Source of the DNA: Octopus bimaculoides
Taxonomy: Eukaryota
Direction of reading: 5' to 3'
Length of the DNA stretch: 52,076 nt
Assembly: GCF_001194135.2 (NCBI RefSeq)
Contig: NC_068986.1
Coordinates: forward strand, 21,151,174 to 21,203,249
Part shown: one piece after another, positions 25,381 through 37,083 of the stretch
Layout: every line of letters starts with the position of its first letter
Numbering within the stretch: the first letter of the stretch is position 1
Notes under the pieces: generated by a model
Told to the model about the DNA's origin: nothing
The model's input: only the letters and a program-made list of their open reading frames with translations
Databases searched by the model: none
Translations under genes and position numbers: made by a program

Positions 25381-26004
25381 CATCATTATATCATTCACGT
25401 CTTCCCCACCCTTCCTTTTCCTACCCCTTTATTCTTTAGCTTCTCTAAAAGTCTCTTCGCCAAACGAACCAAATATTAACAAGTTTCCATATTCTTCATA
25501 CATTTCGTAATTTATTAGCATCAACAGAACAACGTTTTAGGAAGAAGGGAGAGGCGTGAGAAGAATGAATGCTTTCAATATTGCATTGGGCCGAAAAATA
25601 ACTGGCTGGCGGGCGGGATGGAAGACTGGAAAGTGAAATGGATGGGTGGATGGATGGATGGATGGAATGACAGACAGCCAAAATATGAATTCTCAAAACA
25701 GAGAAAAAAAAATAATAATAATAAATCATTACAGAATTATTAGCGGAGAGTAAAATAAGAAGATCTTAAATGAGGAAAGAGGTTTAGTGAATTGGTGTGA
25801 AAGAATTTCTTGAAAGAGAAATAAGAAGAAAAAAGAGCGGAAACATCGACGATTAATTATAGAAGAATTAGGCAAATATTAGAAACGTTAAAAATAGATG
25901 TCTAGAAGGCTCTCTGAGCTGCAGAATAAATAGAAGAGCAACCAGTGGGGGATCCTTTGCGCGGTTGCTTGGTTTACTAGAAGTAGCATTAAAATTATGC
26001 TGCA

Positions 26005-26345
26005 GGCTTGGCTGTGTGGTAAGAAGTTTGCTTCTCAGCTACATAGTTCCAGGTTCAGTCCTGTTGTGCGGCACCTTGGGCAAATGTCTTCTACTATAGC
26101 CTTGAGCCAACCAAAGCTTTGTGAGTGGGTTTTGGTTGACAGAAACTGAAAGAATCCTGTCATGTGTGTGTGTGTTTGTCCTCCACCAACGCTTGACCAC
26201 CGACGTTGGTGTGTTTACGTCCCCGCAACATAGCGGTTCGGCAAAAGTGACCGACAGAATAAGTACCAAGCTTAAAAACAAACATGAGTACACTGGGGTC
26301 GATTCGTTCGACTAAAATTCTTCAAAGCGGTGCTCCAGCATGGCC
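26005..26345 (+). mobile_element. SINE family B, near full length
   Basis: GGCTGTGTGGTAAGAAG…GGCACCTTGGGCAAATGTC…GCGGTGCTCCAGCATGGCC. Confidence 0.85.
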
Positions 26346-26972
26346 AATCTAAAGGATACCGTTTTTTTTTTTGTTTTTTGTTTTTTTTTAAAGTACGTTG
26401 GATAACATAATCTCGGGTTCACTGCATATAGGAAAAAGTAGAGATGGTCACCACTGGAAAGGCTTTACTCATAGGTCAGCTCGATCAGGGCCGACTTCGA
26501 GATAAACAGCCAAACTTAGAAATAGCGACCAAAGCTCCTTAAAAATCATACACTGCTGTGCCGTTTCCATTCTTAGAATAATCGAAACTAATTCGCAGAT
26601 TCAGCTGGCGTAGAACTGCTTAACTCTTCGCTGTCTACGCTGATCGATAGATAAAAATCCATGCATTTGTTCCAACTTCCTTTTGTTCCTCTAATCAAGA
26701 CAACCTACATTTCTCATTTAATTGCATCTCACCCCTCCCTCTCTCCCTCCCTCTTATGTTCTTGTTTTCATTCTCTCAGTCGTTTTGTGTCTTAAGCTCC
26801 GTTTTTCGCTTTTCTTTTCCGTCTTTTTTCTCTCCTGTTTATGCAATCTCTGTTTCTCTCTGTATCTTCTATGTCTCTCTTACTTTACCTCTCACTCGCT
26901 CACTATCTATCTATCCATCAATATATATCATTCTCTCTCCTGCTCTACCTCTCTTCTTGTCTTCCTCCACAC

Positions 26973-27014
<42 letters not shown>

Positions 27015-27392
27015 GTAAATGAGTATATGCATATATACGTACAGGTATGTGCATACCGACATCCACCTGTATGTATAGGTGCATATCTGGGTACAGGACA
27101 TTGCAAACAAACGTAGACGAGAACACACGAGCCACATAGAGAACATTCTACTTCANNNNNNNNNNNNNNNNNNNNNNNNNNNNNNNNNNNNNNNNNNNNN
27201 NNNNNNNNNNNNNNNNNNNNNNNNNNNNNNNNNNNNNNNNNNNNNNNNNNNNNNNNNNNNNNNNNNNNNNNNNNNNNNNNNNNNNNNNNNNNNNNNNNNN
27301 NNNNNNNNNNNNNNNNNNNNNNNNNNNNNNNNNNNNNNNNNNNNNNNNNNNNNNNNNNNNNNNNNNNNNNNNNNNNNNNNNNNNNNNNNNNN

Positions 27393-27443
<51 letters not shown>

Positions 27444-28004
27444 TCTTCTCCCTCTCTTCCTCTGCACTTCTCTCTCTCAATTTATCAATCAATCTTCAGT
27501 GCTTTAGTTCTGCGTCCTAATTTCTAAGACAGAAACCAAAAAAAAACATAAAGATAAAAGAAGACACCCTAAACATTAACTAGGTATCTATCTAATCAAA
27601 TGTAAAATATGCCAGAGATAGACAAACAATAATGGAAATCCTCAACAGGTGCTGATAAACAGTTGAAAAGGCTTTGTTTCTGATCTGCAACAGCTGTTCG
27701 TCTTGACAAACATATTTTACATACAAACATACATTTCTGGGGAAATATTAACAAAATACCGAATCAATGTGTTACATTGATTAGGTAGGAATGAGGAAAT
27801 AGTGACATATTCCATACACTCATAGTGTAGCTGATTCTATTAATACATATTATATGTTGTACAGCTTCGGTCTTTTTTACATTGCATATTAATTTAACTA
27901 TGCAAGAGTGAGTTGAATAGCAACATGATCCATATTCTCATACTGTCGTTGATTCTGTAAGCTATATGTTATATGCCGTACGACGTCCATCAGTTTATAT
28001 AAAA

Positions 28005-28345
28005 CCAGGGCTTCATCATTCCTGAATAAAGCACCCCTCCTAGGACTCTTCCGACTATCGTCTGTCTCTGACCGGTCGTATCCATGTAGGCCCCAGGTAG
28101 CGGGTGAAATCATCTCGCCATCTTGTCTTTGGTCGGCCTCCTGAATTTGTCCATTGTTTTGTTGTCTGTTCCATCACCGTGATTGTCCATCCCTTGTCCT
28201 TCAGTCGAGCGATGTGGCCTGCCAATATAGATCCGTTCTATTTGACGGTTCTCATGATGTCGTTGGCTCTCATATACTGTTGAATTCAGGCGTCGGCTTT
28301 CTCGTTCGTCAATGTTGCACCGAGATTGATTCGTTCCGTTTTCCA
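28005..28345 (-). mobile_element. RTE-clade LINE 3' end (decayed)
   Basis: A frame not in the ORF track reads …DIMRTVK*NGSILAGHIARLKDKGWTITVMEQTTKQWTNSGGRPKTRWRDDFTRYLGPTW…, the classic RTE WAGHIAR…W…GRP.TRW.DD tail. Confidence 0.85.
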
Positions 28346-28575
28346 CTGGGCTAATGAGGATAGTATCGAGAGCTCATGTTTCACTGCCGTAAACCATCAC
28401 TGATCGGATGTCAATCACATCGACCCCAGTGTTTCACTGGTACTTAATTTATCGACTCCTAATGTATGAAAAGTAAAGTCGACCTCGGCAGAATTTGAAC
28501 CCAGAATGTAGCGACGGGCGAAATACCGCTATACATTTCGCCCGGCGTGCTAACGATTCTGCCTGCTTACCACCT

Positions 28576-28812
28576 GAAGAAGAAGAAGAAGAAGAAGAAG
28601 AAGAAGAAGAAGAAGAAGAAGAAGAAGAAGGAGGNNNNNNNNNNNNNNNNNNNNNNNNNNNNNNNNNNNNNNNNNNNNNNNNNNNNNNNNNNNNNNNNNN
28701 NNNNNNNNNNNNNNNNNNNNNNNNNNNNNNNNNNNNNNNNNNNNNNNNNNNNNNNNNNNNNNNNNNNNNGAGGCGGAGGAGGCGGAGGCGGAGGAGGCGG
28801 AGGAGGAGGAAG
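28576..28812. repeat. (GAA)n to (GGA/GGC)n polypurine tract spanning a gap
   Basis: Seen directly. Confidence 0.9.
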
Positions 28813-29340
28813 ATTTCACATTTAAGAACAAAGCCGGCAATTTTAAGGGAAGGGGATAATCGATTACTTCGACCCAGAAAGGATGAACGGCAAAACAGAC
28901 CTCGGTGAAATTTGAACCGAACATGTAAGGAGCCTGACTAGTGCCGCTAAGCATTTTGTCAAACGCCCCAACGATTGTCTGTAGCACAAGGACACAGCCT
29001 GCGATTGACTGTATTGTAGACACAAGGCCTGGAATCTGGGAAAGTGGTTTGTCAAGTCAATATCATTAACTAATCCCCACTTATGACTGGAAAGCTACTT
29101 TAGCGACATCAGAGGAATGAAAACAAAAGAGACTTAAAGGACGAGGGACAAGGTAATTTTTCCGATGCCCTACCGATTTTTGCCATCGTCTCTCGTAGAC
29201 ACAAGTCCTGAGATATGGAGTCGGGATTAGTCATTGACTAACTCCCTTATGACTGCTACCTAATTCTATCGGCCTTCGGAGGGATGAAAGGCCGAATTTG
29301 ACATCAGCAGAATTTGAACTCAGAAAGCCAAGCACCAGAA

Positions 29341-29669
29341 CAGTGGTTCTCAATTGGAGTCAATATGACCCCTGAGGGTCCATGTATGACTTTTGGAGGT
29401 CCACACACGCAAAATAGTAAATTAGGGATCCACAGCAGTATTCTAAGGGTCTATGAAAAAACTTCGATTTCAATGTATTTATTGCTAGAAACAGTTTGGC
29501 TTCTTTTTCTAGCATTTTCCATAGTTGAACCGACGCAAGTGAATGTGTGAAAAACAAAATAGGAATTTTGAATTAAGTCGCCATAAACATCGAATAGCTA
29601 TGGGGGCTCACCAGAATAGAATAGCAACCAAAGGGGTCTATATCCAAAAAAAATGCTTTGGAACCGCTG
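29341..29669. mobile_element. hAT (Charlie-like) MITE with 8-bp TSD, inserted into a decayed SINE A
   Basis: TIRs CAGTGGTTCTCAA / TTGGAACCGCTG; TSD CACCAGAA (29333-29340) vs CACTAGAA (29670-29677). SINE sequence resumes after the element. Confidence 0.85.
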
Positions 29670-30495
29670 CACTAGAACAAATACTATGTGTTCTCTAACG
29701 CTGCTAATCCACAGCTCTCGAATAAGAAAATACATTCGCCCAACAAAGGGATCGAACCACCAGCCCCAAGATTAAGTTTCATGATCATTGATATGCTGTT
29801 GTTGAGTCCCAGTCCTACTCTGATCGTGCAGACTTATTTTCAAAGATGTTCCAGCCGTGACAATCACGTCTTGTCGATTATTTAGTGACTATATTGTTCA
29901 ATGTATTTGTCCTGTAGTTAGTTAAGCCGACAGCTTGTATAATTTGAGGGAGATTTCGCTGCTAAGTCTAGCAGGTCCAACCAGCATGTAGTGGCTCTCT
30001 CGATGGATCACACAACATTGATATTGTCGCTGTAGATTGTGGTGATGATGATGATGATGATGACGACGACGACGATGTTGATGGAGGAGGAGGAGCGAAA
30101 AGATGGAAGGAGGATGAGGAGGAGGGTAGGAGGTGGAGGAGGACGACGACGAATGCTGTCGTTTTACTGAAGTTGTATTCATCCTATTAAGTAGTAAGAA
30201 ACAAAATTTAAGTGCGCGCATGCTCAGTGTATTGTAAAGAAAAGAGAAAGAAAAAGAACAACAAAAAAATGACAGCAAAACAATAGCATGATGAACAAGT
30301 GTCAGATATGTTCTTTAGTGAAGAACTATTTCAAGTGATTTCATTATGAGAGCGACTGGGTTGGGGTTAATGGTATTAGAACAACGAAAATAAAACAGGG
30401 GGAACTCTCTGGGAAATTAATAGAATAACGGGAAATGACTAATCACTCACCTTAATGTAATGTAGTACGTGTGTGTGTGTGATACATACGTATGA

Positions 30496-30553
<58 letters not shown>

Positions 30554-30651
30554 CATACACACATACATATACATATGTATATATAATACATATATAAACA
30601 TATATACGTATGTATGTGTACATATGCATGTATATACGTATATACATACAC

Positions 30652-30740
<89 letters not shown>

Positions 30741-31171
30741 CATATATATTACATAACATTTGTTCAGCATTAACAAGGAGGTGACGGGACTTTATTCTGC
30801 TCACAGACATTTCATTGTTTAATTTGTTATATATTTGTACGTTTTTTTTTGTCTTTTTGGTAGCTCCCCTATATTCCAGACTAGTTGTAACAGCGGGGTC
30901 CACTCTAGCTTTGATATATGTCACTGAAGGACTCTTAAAAACTAGTGTTTAATAACGATTACGTGCTGTTAATTACGTCTCTAATTCGTGGTGTCAATTA
31001 CAGTTCCATTGTTGCAGACCTGGTGGTATGTTTAAGAAGATTACATCACAACTAAATGGTACCCGGTTCGATCCCAAAGCTCGGCACCTTAATATGTGAT
31101 TCTCCCATAAACCTCGGTTTAACCAAAGCCTTGAAACTGAAATTGTGTAGACAAAAACTGTGTGGTAGACA

Positions 31172-31393
31172 GGCGGCGAGCTAGCAGAAACGTTAGTACA
31201 CCGGGCGAAATGCTTAGCGGTATTTCGTCTGCCGTTACGTTCTGAGCTCAAATTCCGCCGAGGTCGGCTTTGCATTTCATCCTTTCGGGGTCGATAAATT
31301 AAGTACCAGTTACGATGTAATCGACTTAATCACTTTGTTTGTCCTTGTTTGTCCCCTCTATGTTTAGCCCCTTGTGGGCAATAAAGAAATAAG
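31172..31393 (+). mobile_element. Full-length SINE family A with a perfect 17-bp TSD
   Basis: AAACTGTGTGGTAGACA at 31155-31171 and 31394-31410; this defines the SINE 3' end as …CAATAAAGAAATAAG. Confidence 0.92.
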
Positions 31394-31443
31394 AAACTGT
31401 GTGGTAGACATAGTGCGTAAATGGTTTCATATTACCACTTGGC

Positions 31444-31645
31444 AAGGCGGCGAGCTGGTAAAATAATTAGCACGCCGGACAAAATGTTTTGCGGCATTTC
31501 GTCCGTTTTTACGTTCTGAGTTCAAGTTCCACCGAGGATGACTTCGCCTTTAATCCTTTTGGGGTCGGTAAAATAAGTACCAGATGATTACTAGGGTTGA
31601 TATAACCCCTCTCTCAAAATCACTGGCTTTGTGCCAGAGTTTGAA
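31444..31645 (+). mobile_element. SINE family A
   Basis: AAGGCGGCGAGCTGG head through CTTTGTGCCAGAGTTTGAAA tail. Confidence 0.8.
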
Positions 31646-31674
31646 ACTAATAATACCACTGGGCCCTTGATTAC

Positions 31675-31849
31675 CTGAAGTAGGGTCCACAACAAGGCAA
31701 GAATTCGGTGTTAAGCTTCAGTCTAAGAGTAACTATTTCCCATCCATCCACCGGTCATGAGATCCTTGAAAATAGTTGTTGCGTGTTTGGTTGCGGTGAT
31801 AGTTGCTGCTGCAAGTCTTGCGGTAATGAATGACAACGTCTCTCTTGGG
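31675..31849 (-). other. Candidate exon 2 (175 nt) of a minus-strand transcript
   Basis: Acceptor tcacttcttctcgcag| at 31850, branch-like CTTAAT upstream, donor CAG|gtaatc at 31675/31674. No frame is open across the whole exon. Confidence 0.4.
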
Positions 31850-32091
31850 CTGCGAGAAGAAGTGACTAGCAACACCCGCGAACAATTAAGAGAAGACTTT
31901 ATTACTGCACATAGTTTTAACCGTGTTGGTCCTTTACAAAAACTAAAGGCGGTGCTTCAGCATGGCTGCAGTCAAATGACTGAAACAAGTAAAAGAGTAA
32001 AAGAGTGTATTTATAAAACCTTCAAGCAGTTTTCGTACTTTCATATTCGTCCAAAACACTATCTTTGATTGCTATAGTAATTCGAACTTAC

Positions 32092-32195
32092 CGCTAACAA
32101 GCGTTTGTGTTCAGTATCGATGATATTGGCATCTGAATGAGAGCACAATACAAGATTCGCGTGGTAATCGCGGGTCGCCATTTTGAATGCCAACA
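32092..32195 (-). other. Candidate exon 1 with CAAAATGGCG start context and consensus donor
   Basis: ATG at 32181 gives 30 codons MATRDYHANLVLCSHSDANIIDTEHKRLLA ending at GCG|gtaagt (phase 0). The TSS position is a guess. Confidence 0.4.
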
Positions 32196-32300
32196 TTTGT
32201 TGACAAGGGAAAGGTGAGCTCTGATTGGCTGTACGCAAATGAGTACTTTACTGGGGTCCGGAACTCGCGTGGGGAAAAAAAAATTTCGCGAGCCGGACTA
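32170..32300 (-). promoter_or_regulatory. CpG-rich promoter-like block: YY1-like CGCCATTTT (32176-32184), CCAAT box (CTGATTGGCTG 32221-32231), E2F-like TTTCGCG (~32284-32290)
   Basis: Motifs and locally high CpG density are seen directly in otherwise CpG-poor unique DNA. Confidence 0.4.
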
Positions 32301-32769
32301 TAGATCGCAAAGCGTCGTATTTGACACCGTGTGCTCAAAGTGCTGACATTCACAGAGCGCTGAAATAAATACCGCAAGGCGTCAAATTTAATATCTTGCA
32401 CACAAAGTACCGTCAGACCACACGGTGTCGCATTTGATACATTGTATACAAAAGGACATCAGTCGGCAAAGAGCCGGAATACATAACGCAAGGGATCTTA
32501 TTTGACCCTCTGATATTTCCGCCAACCTAACTTCTTGTGTTGGTACTCTGACATAGCCATTTAAAAATAAAATGAAAACTTCAATCATCTTTTTAATAAA
32601 TCGCATGGCTCTTGGAGATAACAGATACCAGATGACCTGATCCTTAATGCTGACTGCTAAATGAACTGGGGTGCATATTTGCATCGAAATAAGAACTATA
32701 TTGAACATCTATGAGCTTATATGTCTTTTATTATATATAAAGCCCCCACCACCACCATCCACTATGGAG

Positions 32770-32895
32770 CACAATGGATATCTTTTCTAGTTCTTTATCT
32801 TTCACCTTCAAATCAACAGATGTCGCAGCATCTATGACCTTAAGCTCTTTTTCATCTTTATCGATGAATACAATATCTGGTTTATCATTTATCAT
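32770..32895 (-). mobile_element. Restriction-like endonuclease fragment of an R4/Dong-like LINE
   Basis: NDKPDIVFIDKDEKELKVIDAATSVDLKVKDKELEKI resembles the RLE motif PDIV…K…IIDVAVP.D…KE.EKI. Confidence 0.75.
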
Positions 32896-33008
32896 TATTA
32901 CTATTACTACCACTACTATTACTAGATACGTAGACTACTACTACTATTACTAGATACATCGACTACTACTGCTACTACTATTACTAAAAACATACTACTA
33001 CTACTACT

Positions 33009-33043
<35 letters not shown>

Positions 33044-33056
33044 TAGATAGACAGAC

Positions 33057-33102
<46 letters not shown>

Positions 33103-34206
33103 CTTTCTTTTATTAGCCACACAGGGCTGCACACAGAGGGGACAAATTCAACTGTAGAGCTTTCTTTAAAAAAATAAAAGGGTAAAATAAAAATTAACAA
33201 ATCCGATCAAAAGGGATCGGTAGGGGCAAAAAAAAAAAAGAAGGGTATCGTATATCACAGAAAATGTCAATTGTGTAAAATGGGGTAACATTAGGTTTAT
33301 CCATGGAGAGAAAAGCCTACGGGAAAGACCATGGTAACCTCAGCNNNNNNNNNNNNNNNNNNNNNNNNNNNNNNNNNNNNNNNNNNNNNNNNNNNNNNNN
33401 NNNNNNNNNNNNNNNNNNNNNNNNNNNNNNNNNNNNNNNNNNNNNNNNNNNNNNNNNNNNNNNNNNNNNNNNNNNNNNNNNNNNNNNNNNNNNNNNNNNN
33501 NNNNNNNNNNNNNNNNNNNNNNNNNNNNNNNNNNNNNNNNNNNNNNNNNNNNNNNNNNNNNNNNNNNNNNNNNNNNNNNNNNNNNNNNNNNNNNNNNNNN
33601 NNNNNNNNNNNNNNNNNNNNNNNNNNNNNNNNNNNNNNNNNNNNNNNNNNNNNNNNNNNNNNNNNNNNNNNNNNNNNNNNNNNNNNNNNNNNNNNNNNNN
33701 NNNNNNNNNNNNNNNNNNNNNNNNNNNNNNNNNNNNNNNNNNNNNNNNNNNNNNNNNNNNNNNNNNNNNNNNNNNNNNNNNNNNNNNNNNNNNNNNNNNN
33801 NNNNNNNNNNNNNNNNNNNNNNNNNNNNNNNNNNNNNNNNNNNNNNNNNNNNNNNNNNNNNNNNNNNNNNNNNNNNNNNNNNNNNNNNNNNNNNNNNNNN
33901 NNNNNNNNNNNNNNNNNNNNNNNNNNNNNNNNNNNNNNNNNNNNNNNNNNNNNNNNNNNNNNNNNNNNNNNNNNNNNNNNNNNNNNNNNNNNNNNNNNNN
34001 NNNNNNNNNNNNNNNNNNNNNNNNNNNNNNNNNNNNNNNNNNNNNNNNNNNNNNNNNNNNNNNNNNNNNNNNNNNNNNNNNNNNNNNNNNNNNNNNNNNN
34101 NNNNNNNNNNNNNNNNNNNNNNNNNNNNNNNNNNNNNNNNNNNNNNNNNNNNNNNNNNNNNNNNNNNNNNNNNNNNNNNNNNNNNNNNNNNNNNNNNNNN
34201 NNNNNN

Positions 34207-34240
<34 letters not shown>

Positions 34241-34719
34241 GCGCGTGCTCACACACGCACGCACACACCAAACTTATATACATTGCATACGTATAAGTAT
34301 CCGTGCGTACGCGCACACATGCGCGAAATTTTTCGTAATACACTCAAAAAATTGCATGAAGTCAGAAGTATGTAAGTACATAATTGTGAGCACATAGAAG
34401 AAGTCTTGTCATTTACAACCAATCAACAACCTCCTAGACATCACGTGACTGCTGCTGTTGACAATATTGTTCTGCCTGAAACGGATGTCCAAAATGAATC
34501 AGTGCTCTTCGTAAAGATGTGTCAAGTATGCTGGTATTGGGTCAGTTGGTTAACGCTTGTAATGCTTTCTCAACTGAATCGGTGCTCGTCGTTATTTCCT
34601 GTTGACAATACAAAGAATTTTCTCAGAATTATTCTTTGTTGCCGATCATGAGGGAGCCAGCCAATCAACGACTTCTCTTTATAATTCTTCCTACTGTACG
34701 TACAAGGCTTGAATTTTTT

Positions 34720-36480
34720 TTTTTTTTTTTTTTTCCTTCTTTTGGTGGGAAGGAAGGTAGTCGGTTACATCGATTCCAGTGCTCAACTGGTATTCATTTT
34801 ATTGACCCTCGAACGGATAACAAGCAAAGTCGACCCCGGTGAAATCTAAACCCTGAACTTAAAGCCAGAAGAAAATGCAACTATCAAGATTCTAGCCACT
34901 CGTTGCCGTCTACTTGTCTTTATAATGATTTCAAATTTTGGTACAAGGTCATCACCCTCGGGGGAGGCNNNNNNNNNNNNNNNNNNNNNNNNNNNNNNNN
35001 NNNNNNNNNNNNNNNNNNNGGGGGGGGGGGGGGGGGGGGTTAAGTCGATTATATCGACCCCATTGTGTAACTGGTACTTATTTTATCCACCGTGAAAGGA
35101 TGAAAGGCGTTGTCGTCGACCTCGGCGAAATTTAAACTCAGAACATGAAGACGGACGAAATGTCATGCCGTTAAACATTTTGTCCGGAGTGCTAAAGATC
35201 CGACTAACTCACCATCTTATTTGTCTTTATAATAATATCTATTTTAGAAAACTCAATACCAGCGCAGCACATCACATGCGATAGTTATTTCGCCCCAAAG
35301 CAATTTCCTTTAACACGAGGATTTCGCGGGCATCCCACTCATAAAAGTTTGAAATTTAGTAAAAATATTATATACACAAATATTGTTTGTTAAAACTTGT
35401 TAATTTATAACATCAGAGAATATCTTTTCTACTCCAGGCACAAGGCTCGAAATTTTGTTGGAAGGGGCCAGTCGATTAGATCGACCTCAGTACGTAATTG
35501 GTGCTTAATTTATCGACCCCGAAAGGATGAAAGGCAAAGTCGACCTCGGTGGAATTTGAACTCAGAACGTAAAGACAGACGAGATACAGCTAAGCGTTTC
35601 GCCCGGCGGGCTAACGTTTCTTATTTCTTTATTGCCCGCAAGAGGCCAAACATAGAGGGGACAAACAAGGACAAGGGATTAAGTCGATTACATCGACCCC
35701 AGTGCGTAACTGGTACTTAATTTAACGACCCCGAAAGGATGAAAGGCAAAGTCGACCTCGGCCGAATTTGAACTGAGAACGTAGCGGCAGACGAAATACT
35801 GCTAAGCATTTTGCCCGGCGTGCCAACGTTTCTGCCAGCTTGCTGTTTTACAGCAGAGAATATCAAAACATCAACAAGGATACACTTGCATGACGTTTCA
35901 CTAGAGAAAATGAAAAATCAACCGCTGGACAAAAGCAGCGCAAGCGAAGGAAATGATCACCCCTCGAAGATTTTATATCCCCCGTTGGTAAGAGGTGCTA
36001 CATTTCTCTCAAATAGGCAAAAGGAGATATATTTTGGGAGAAAGGTTTGTGAGTTAAGAGCTTATGACTGGCATTTATTTCATCGATCCTAAAGGCAGCG
36101 AGCTAGCAGAATCGTTAGCACGCCGGGCGAAATCTTAGCGGTATTTCGTCTAACTTTACGTTCTGGGTCGACTTGCCTTTCATCCTTTTGGGGTCGATAA
36201 ATCAAGTACCAGTTGCGTAATGGGGCCGATCTAATCGACTGGTCCCCTCCCCAAAAGTTTCGGGCCTTGTGCCTAGAAGAGAAAAGAATCGTTAGCACGC
36301 TGGAAGAAATGCTTAGCGATATTTCGCCCGTCGCTACGCTGAGTTCAAACTCCGCTGAGGTAGCCTTTCCCTTTCATCCTTTCAGAGTCGATAAATTAAG
36401 CACCAGTTGAACACTGGGGTTGATGTAATCGACCAGCCTCTTCCCACCAAATTTCAGGCCTTGTGCCTTTAGTAGAAAGG
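34720..36480. mobile_element. Cluster of SINE family A copies (minus at ~34720-35215 and 35420-35845 as a dimer; plus at ~36090-36480)
   Basis: Repeated core and head motifs in both orientations. Confidence 0.85.
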
Positions 36481-36608
36481 ATTTATTTTATAGATCTTAA
36501 AGATATGTAAAGAATAGGGAACAAGAATACAGGTGCGCATACAAATATCCACAGTGTAAAACACACAACCGGTTTTTTCTGTACTTGCGAGTTTGTGTCT
36601 GTGTTTCT

Positions 36609-36687
<79 letters not shown>

Positions 36688-37083
36688 TGCGTGTGTGTGA
36701 TTGAGTATGTGAGTGTGTGTGTGTATGAGTGTGTGTGTGTGCGTGTGTGTGAGTGTGTGTGTGAGTGTGTGTGAGATTATGTGTGTGTGTGAGTGTATGT
36801 GTGTGTGTGTGCTTGAGTTTAGATATCCATTCGCAGCTTTGTATATCTCCATTATTGATAACAAGAGAGCAAGTCTCTGGGGTGTGGGGTGTCGTCGATT
36901 TATTAGATTCCAGTACAAGACTCTCAGTTACTTCCTCCGCCTTAAAACGATGAGAGAACAAAATTGATCTCAGCGGGACCAGTAATTCAGAGCATATAGG
37001 GGCGTAACTAAAGACGTCAAATCAGTCTGCTGCTGCTGCTGTTACTACTACTGCTGATCTGTCTCTACCTCATCACAACTCGA

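Noticed and set aside
30213-30228. NRF1-like GCGCATGCTCAG
   Set aside because: An isolated imperfect motif without supporting elements.
30445-30460. Perfect minus-strand donor AAG|GTGAGT
   Set aside because: Upstream sequence is microsatellite with no acceptor or promoter, and a 9-mer like this is expected by chance.
34419-34665. Two CCAATCAAC boxes and a TCACGTGAC (USF/TFEB-type) E-box
   Set aside because: Promoter-like, but I could not tie it to any exon or donor; short motifs alone are insufficient.
36810-36945. Minus-strand acceptor followed by an open frame (AEEVTESLVLESNK…)
   Set aside because: No credible donor before the frame runs into a (CA)n microsatellite.
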